Of a stretch of DNA of 64,000 bases, positions 40,101 to 49,100 are shown one piece after another (within the stretch, counting starts at the first letter, position 1; each line of letters starts with the position of its first letter). Below the pieces are notes generated by a model. That model saw nothing but the letters and a program-made list of their open reading frames with translations. It was not told where the DNA came from and ran no database searches. A program made the position numbers and the translations under genes. Origin of the DNA: Laetmonice hystrix (Eukaryota); contig OZ249436.1 in assembly GCA_965235115.1 (NCBI GenBank), positions 49,540,001 to 49,604,000 of the forward strand. The letters are read 5' to 3'.

Positions 40101-43100
40101 TTTGCAGGAAGATTTAATGCTACACAGTAGGACATTAAATATTAATGCAAAAAGAACTCTAAGCTGATAACCAATCTGAACTTTTAAAACATGCAACATT
40201 TTCTGATTCGGAGATTTAGTGTCCAAGTGTTTTGTTCACTAATAGGCAAATGGAGATATAAAACACTTTATCTTACCTCCTGGATGACACTGCCATCTTT
40301 CTTTGTCATTTAACAACACAACTCCACCCACAAAGACTGAAACAGTAGCTTTCAGCTGAATGCATGCAACTCCCATGAAATTATTATGTATATCTGGACA
40401 GTATACAGTGTACTTTTCTCTTTAAATGATGTCACTACAATACGTACAGTCTCCATCCGAGGGTCCTTGACCTTGGATTCCAGGTAGTTCTCAAAAAGTC
40501 CTTGCATGACTTTCTCTGTCTCTCCTGCTGCCTGGGCCAGATGAAGGGTGGTCTGAAATCTGAGTAACAGCATACCTCTACAATCGCTAACCTTCGACGT
40601 TTTGTCATAACCTCAACACTTCAACCCGTTTTAAATATAGAACGAGTGAGTGACAAAAAAATGAAAGATTGTGAAGCAGGTTTATCACTTAAAATCCTTA
40701 AATCAGACATTTAGAAAGAGAAATCTGAAATAATACACGACATAAGAAGGCCTGTACTTGTGACCTCCACTTTCTCACCTGGCTGCCGGTGTGGTATTAT
40801 TCTGATTGAGCGCTGCCGACATCTGTTCCAACTCTGACAAGGACACGCCACTCCGATCGTGAGGATTTATATAACGCTTCCTGCAACCAAATTATATCAG
40901 CTTCTTTTAGTTACCGAATTTATACGATCACTGCTTCAGTTCTACTTGACTTTCCAAGGTGCCGTATTCTTACCTTTGTAGTTTGGGCAGGGAGAAGATA
41001 TTCTGCCAGACGTTGAATAAACTCTTGTGAGCATCTTTCTGTCCAACACTAGTCGAGTTAACCACTGACAGGGTCAGCTCTCGACTCCTACTCCTCACAA
41101 ACTGCAAACAAAATAAACCTCTATCAAAGACACCTATGTTAACATACCAAAAGGTAAATACATCAATCCTGGAGTAGGCCTTCCTGACAAATGTTTGCTT
41201 CTATCATTTTTACTGTACTAGTACAGGGCTGGAATTTCCCACTCGTCCGGCTGCCCGAGACGAGTAAGTTTCGGTCCGGACGAGTAAGTCTAGCCCAGTA
41301 TCTCGTCCGCCGGCCGAGTAACTATTTTGGTTACTGTTGTTTAAAGGGGGTGACCTTTTGGGGGCTCAATCTTTCTCCAGTGCAGTAACAACAGCGGGGG
41401 TCATTTGGCTGGCTCAGCTGACCCCGGCCCGTGTGTTTCAACTGGCCACCTGTGTGCCGCCAGAGTGCTCCTTTTGTTCACGTGTTGTCGTTTGTTTAGT
41501 GTGTGTCCTTAGTGGCTGTCGCAGCATCAGCGTGGCCCAGCTACACTTATCTCTGAGCCAGGTAATCTGCCGACATGCATCGCAACTGCATGAAAACACG
41601 GCCCCCCCCACCAACCAGCATCGTCCCCAAAGCGCCGATTGAATGATGAAAAAAGACATGACAGGGACGCCTGTGGAATCAGGATGGCCGCAGGAGGCCA
41701 GACACAAGGCCTTATGGCCCACGTCATAGAGAAATTCAAAGTCCTGAAAACAACCCCTGTTCTTCTCTGGTGGAGACAAATAGCGACTTTTTTGGAAAAC
41801 CTTGAGAGGGACTTTGACATGTGATTCAATTTGCTGTCCTGCTTAACTGAAGCGCAAATCTGAAAAGCATTCAGTGGTCCATGAAGCCCATATATGCTCA
41901 AGTTTATTGAACGTTTTTATGTATGACAGAGGTATATGTGATTGCAAATAACTTGACTGGCTGGTAAATTACGACTGTTTAATTAAAGCATAATACTCAT
42001 AGACCATGCCTATTATCTTAAATTCTCTCTGAAATCCGGGCAAGTAACTTCTGATCTGGGCAAGTAACTTTTTCAGGCTACTTGCCCGACGGGCAAGTAG
42101 CCTAAAATTTGAAATTCCAGCCCTGTAGTACCTGGCAGACACCATGATAATGACGTAATACTATGAAGCTGTCCCTAAGATCCTACTATATATTCTCAGT
42201 TTATGCCAGTACACTCATTAAATTTGCTGACAGCAACTAGAGATTATACCGACTGTATCTGTAGCCAGGACTACCTGAGATTACCTGTGTACTGTCTCTG
42301 ACAGTGACACCGTACGTTAAGTGACCTGTGTCCAAACTGACCTGCAATGTGTTGAGACAGGATCGTATATCATTGTCAGCTTTCTCACACAGAGCCAGCA
42401 GTGTGGTCAGGTCTGATTTCAACTGTTCCCGCTGGGAGATCTGCAATACAGATTGGTTCACGATACTCAGATGTTAAAAAAATATATTGACACAGTTCAC
42501 CTATTAGTAATGACATACAATTATGACTCTCAAACAGGAACTCTGTCAACAGAATGATCTACTGACATTGTAATACCAAGGGGGTGCTGCCCTCTATGGA
42601 AAGATTACAAACTAAGGCTTAATTGGGTAAAGCCCAGGTCACAGTACAATAACTATGATAACGATGAACTATAACAATAGAAAAATTGCTCCAGTGCAAT
42701 TAGATGGGGGCAGTCGTACAAGAATACAGTCAGACCTCGTTTATCGGAACAGCTTGGTGCCCATTAAAATGTGTTTGGATTGTGAAACATACGGATTACT
42801 GAATCATTTTTAAATAGAAAATGGTAGAACACATCTTTATACTGCGTAGCAGGCAAACAGCCATTGCCCAGTCTAGTAAACGTGTTTACTATGTATACAT
42901 GTATTTTCATGTTGATAACTGGGCAACTGGATTTAAGAATTTTGAGATGAAGGACATTAAAATTGATGTTCTTAATTTCACAAGATGTCATGGCTTAACA
43001 CATTTGTTTTAAATTAGGCCTAATTAACAACTAATTTTCTTATCAATCATAATTCAAAATTATGAATACATGGCAAAACAGACAGATTCGTTGGAACCTA

Positions 43101-46100
43101 AATTAATGGGAAGCCCATAGAAAGGTGTATTGATGTTTAACCCCTTTCTGCTGATCCGAAAAAAAACCAACAAAATTCTGATAAATGGAAGCCACTGTTT
43201 TTAGATAATTTTTGCAAACCTGATGGAGACGTGAAGCAAGTTTAGATGGTGCAGTCGGAGGGAAATTGATGACTAGAGCAAGTTGACGGAGCTGTCTCAG
43301 GGCTGGAACATACCTGTGGTATTGAGAAAAATTCAGAAAATTTTCATTTATTACATTTAGACTTCAGGGTTTAAAAACATTATTTAAAGAATGCTAAAAT
43401 TTACAAGAGGTACAGAAAAGAGAAGACTACTCAATTTTAGTTTATCTTCATCATTTAAAGGTTGACGAGTTAATCAAATTTTCACTTAATGAAGAGCAAC
43501 GTAACAAAATAGATAAACTGATCACCACTTTTACATAATATAGTACTGTTGGTAAAGTACCAATGAAGTACATTTATTCTCTTTCCAATCATATAATTAG
43601 TTCATCAATCAAGGTTTTTTTAATGCAAAGATTAATAAATAATAATATTTTGTGAAAACTTCTACTTACAGATCATTACATATACAGATTATAGGCCGGA
43701 GAAGGAGCCCTCCTTTCTTTTTCTTCTTTTTTGTAGTGTTTGTGGCACCAACGTCTGGGCCCTTTACCATGGATAGTAACATGTTGATTGCAGGCTGTAA
43801 AGTTATAAATAAATTAGCATAAATTGTCAGAACTGACATATTACCAATTATAACTTAGATCATACATCATAACTGCAGCACAATAAGGAAAAACGCTTTG
43901 GCACAGAATTCACATCCTGGACGAAACCTGGTGAAAACATTGCTGGAGAAAACGAACACTAAACTGTACATAATCACAATGCATGGTTAAACATCTACCT
44001 ATACAGCACTTCTTTCTCTATAAATATCTTCTTGAGAAACGGTTTCACTAACCAATGGTGCTCCATCTATTTCATCGATGATCAAACAGTTTGGTCGAGG
44101 ATCTTTCCCTAAGACTGCCTTCATCTGCGTGGCTGCTTCAATTTTTGTTTTGAAGATTTCCACACTACGATCATCACTAAAATGGAATATGTACACATTA
44201 CAATATTTATGACATCCTTGTTCATGTTCAAACAGAGTATGGGGAACATTCATAGTTGATAAACAGAAAAACATGGTTAATTCAGTTCAAAGGGTATAAT
44301 TGTTCGACTGGTTGAGATGAACTCCTCCCAAAAAAGTTTTTACCTTTCAAGTGTAATTGACTTAAACTAAGGCCAAAAAAAAAAAAAGTTTCGTTTCTTG
44401 TCCTTTCATATAAAAAAAGTGGTGCGGTGACGCGGTTTTTTTTTTTTTTCATCTTTCTTTTTTTTTTTGGATGCAACTAGACAACGGCCGATTCTTCGAA
44501 TGCAATTGCTGTTGGGTACATAAATCTTGAAGAAAAGACTAATGCAATGATGTTCAATGTTTTAGAATGTGTAAAACTCACATAAAATCAACAAGACTAA
44601 CAGAAAAACGCCAACGCCAAAGAACCGTTGCAACGTTCTGTCACAGCGCTACACTGCCCACCATATGAAGCAGTCGGATTTGAAAAAAAAAGACTTGACG
44701 CGGGGGTTTTTAGGTGACGCGCGCGGGGACAAGAAACGAATCTATTTTTTTTTTGGCCTAAACTGACGTACCTTGCATTCATTTCTACAACACAGTAACC
44801 AGCATGGTTAGCTATAACATGGGCGAGGGTGGTCTTCCCCAGGCCTGGTGGACCACACAGCAATGCCACCTGGTGGATAAAGTTGGAACTAGCTTCTTAC
44901 AATCCTGACAGCTATCCCCACTTCATGTTCAAAGGTACAAATCTAAAAACCCATCACTAAGCCAGCCTTTAAAAAATACAAGATATTGAATTAAATGTCT
45001 CTACTAATCCCTTTTTTAATTAAATCATATAAGTAATTAAAAGCTGATTTAAGGGCCTGACAAATGCTGGGGAGAAGGGTCAAAAGAAAATGTTTACCTT
45101 GTGCATTGGTCGATTATGCTGATCAAGTTCATCCGTCACCTCGGGCACATTCTTCTTGAAGAACGGTTTGGATTTTTCTGTCTTCAAGTTCTTCTCTTTT
45201 GTCTCTATTATATTGGATGATTTTCTTGGTTTGTTCTCTTTCCCAAATACAACATAATCCCACTGCTTCAACCACTTCAAAACCAGTCGATTCGTTGCCT
45301 TGTGTCAATAGATCAATACCAGGGGTAAACACATTCTTATAATAACACAGAAGCACAATATCAATCTGTGAGGAACTCTCACTTTAATTTCTGCCCACGA
45401 CACAAGACAAGTGGAATCAAACTATAATCAGGAGCACGTTAAATTCTACCGGATGAGGAATGGATCAGAAATTCCTGTGATCCAACATTTCCTTCCTCAA
45501 TCCTCATACATTCACAAGTATTATCTTGAGAAGAACTCACTTCATCACTGAGAAGTTCTGTGTATCTCTGAGGACTATACCGCTCAACCCAGAGTACTTG
45601 CTCCAACGATTCATCCCCGTCCTCACCTAAGTCCTCCGTATCTCCATCGTCATCATCCACTTCCCTGTCAAAGTAGTAGGCAGCAGGTACTAAATAAATA
45701 TGATCTTTTTTCACTGCTGATTTGAAATCATTATATTTAAATGCCATAAATGGGATTCATATTTATAAATATAAAACCTTATACCTGTTAACCAGCTGTG
45801 TTAACCTTTTTGATTCCTCCATCACTCGTTTGGTCCTCTGCAAGTAAATAACTTTGGACTGAAATATCATTCTGTATCCATAGAATTCAATATATATAGG
45901 AATAGTTCTAAACTGTATGATAAGGCCAGCCTAACAAAATTGTTTGTTCTGAAGAATCTGTCCATATGACTCAAAACCTTGTGATTGTAAAATATTTTTG
46001 AACATCTTGCTATTTCATTTTTTTTCAGACACGATTTCACACACTAGTACACTTAGATTGCTGCCAGTTCGATTTTTCATGCGTGAGATCTTCCAATAGG

Positions 46101-49100
46101 GGAACAAATTTGAAAAAAACCTTTCCTCCCTGTCTCATATTTTTTTCCAAGAAAACTCTTTGCAACAAACAATTTTTTAAGGCTGGCCTAATAATAAGTT
46201 AATAAGTATACACATACAACGTAATGCTGGGCTGACCCCACTACTGTCTTACCTTATCATCCACCTGAGCACGGAGTGCATCCAGCGATACACCAAGCAG
46301 GTCAAGCTGCTGCTTCCCTGATGACAACTTCTCCACCTGGTGGTCAAAAACAACATCAAAATGAGACGCTTGATTTATAAGCTGGCTATCCCCAAGAATT
46401 TTAGGCATATCAACATTCTTATATGAATCATTACTAAAAAAAAGTGCAATATTCAGATCACATTCAACTCGCAGGAAACAATCTTGAAAAATAAATCAAC
46501 AATTAATAAACAAATACCTCTCTAGAAAATGTGAGTTCATCTTTGACTGTCATATAGACACGTTGGCCATCACTGTCAGTAACTTTCAAAAAGTCCTGGT
46601 TGACTGGCCTTCGTCGCAATACTCGGGGGCGTTCGAGATCATAATCTGTCGAAATAGTGGCAAGGCTAGGGTCAAAGATTCATAAACCACATCATGTCCA
46701 GTGTTCTCCACAGGGTCGGGCCAAGGTCGGGCGGCCCGATGTGACGAGCACCGAAGGCGCGAGCGCCGTTTGGTTGGGGGGGGGGGGGTCTGGGCGTCCT
46801 CCCCCAGAAAATTTTGAACTGTAGAAGCCCGGAGATGCGATTTCCCGGCATCTGGGAGAGAAAATGACTGCTCTCAGAAGGCACCCCAATCGCCTATTTT
46901 TAACTGACCAAGTTCAGAAAACCATGGTTATAATCCTGAGCCAGAACAGTAGGCCTATGCCACAACGAAGAGCTAATTTTACTTAATTTTTATTACACTT
47001 TACGCCCAGGATGATTCCAAATGCCCCCAGCTCGATAGATCAGCGGTAGAACACAGTGGCCGACCCGGTCGTTGCTACGGCTACGCTGCTCACCAACCCT
47101 TACAGCATAGAATGGGCTGTCCCCAGTCACTGTGCGGTGGGCGATTCCACTTAACGTAGGGGGCCTGGGTTGGTCAGACGGCGAGTGTGATGTGACGTAG
47201 TTTGGCTGTGTCAAATCGTTATTTAAGTAATTTTAACTAGCTCTAAGACTAAGGCCCAGTAAGAGTATGATTCATTGCTACTGGGATAAGCGAGTTTAGA
47301 CGATTGGAATGGATTTTAAGGTCGGGCGGTCGGCCGCCAAGGTCGGGCGGTCGTGACCAAGGTCGGGCGGCCCGCTGCCAAGGTCGGGCGGCCCGCCCGA
47401 CCTTGGAGCCTTGTGGAGAACACTGCATGTCATGTATTTCTAAATTCAACCTCTATTAGATCAAACTGGGTTATTTCCTGCTTTACTTCCTAAACACGTT
47501 CATCTAATGTGTAACAATGCTCTTCCTGCTCAGTGATACAAAATATTGATCAATGAATAACAACAAAATTGCAAACATCATGTTAACAAATAGCTTGGCA
47601 ATTTTAATTTAGAACTTCAATATCAGTAACAAAGGGTTATCCTTACTTTCTCTGACCCGATCCTGGTAATCAATATCAGTAACAAAGGGTTATCCTTACT
47701 TTCTGTGACCCGATCCTGGTAATCAATATCAGTAACAAAGGGTTATCCTTACTTTCTGGGACCCGATGCTGGTAATCAATATCAGTAACAAAGGGTTATC
47801 CTTACTTTCTGTGACCCGATGCTGGTAATCAATATCAGTAACAAAGGGTTATCCTTACTTTCTCTGACCCGATCCTGGTAATCAATATCAGTAACAAAGG
47901 GTTATCCTTACTTTCTGTGACCCGATCCTGGTAATCAATATCAGTAACAAAGGGTTATCCTTACTTTCTGTGACCCGATGCTGGTAATCAATATCAGTAA
48001 CAAAGGGTTATCCTTACTTTCTGTGACCCGATCCTGGTAATCAATATCAGTAACAAAAGGTTATGCTTACTTTCTGTGACCCGATCCTGGTAATCAATAT
48101 CAGTAACAAAGGGTTATCCTTACGTTCTGTGACCCGATCCTGGTAATCAATATCAGTAACAAAGGGTTATCCTTACTTTCTGTGACCCGATCCTGGTAAT
48201 CAATATCAGTAACAAAGGGTTATCCTTACTTTCTGTGACCCGATCCTGGTAATCAATATCAGTAACAAAGGGTTATCCTTACTTTCTGTGACCCGATCCT
48301 GGTAATCAATATCAGTAACAAAGGGTTATCCTTACTTTCTGTGACCCGATCCTGGTAATCAATATCAGTACCGGTAACAAAGGGTTATCCTTACTTTCTG
48401 TGACCCGATCCTGGTAATCAATATCAGTAACAAAGGGTTATCCTTACTTTCTGTGACCCGATCCTGGTAATCAATATCAGTAACAAAGGGTTATCCTTAC
48501 TTTCTGTGACCCGATCCTGGTAATCAGTATCAGTAACAAAGGGGTATCCTTACTTTCTGTGACCCGATCCTGGTAATCAATATCAGTAACAAAGGGTTAT
48601 CCTTACTTTCTGTGACCCGATCCTGGTAATCAATATCAGTAACAAAGGGTTATCCTTACGTTCTGTGACCCGATCCTGGTAATCAGACAGACTGCTGATT
48701 ATAGGCATCTGCTTCTGCAGTCTGCCTCCAAATCTCCCCACACCTGGAGAAGGTGGTGGAGTTATCTCAAAATCATCCTCAAAATCTGGGTTCCCATTCA
48801 CTTCCAATCTTGCCCGCTTCTTTTTATGGACTGGAAAGAAAAAATACAATGTACATGTACAAGTAAATTTACTTCTACTAATTTCAGCTTACAAATTAGA
48901 CTTATAATTATTTACACTTTCCATAATCATAACAAATTTATCTACCAGTACATGTACTTGTAACATGTTCATGTTATAATTTCCAGTGATTGGTTTATCC
49001 AGACATACCAATCGATGGCAGATCCTCTTCTTCAGCTTCCTCCTCGCTGTCAGAAATCACTCCAAACATTTCATCTTGCCTCCTCTTCTGTGACAAAATC

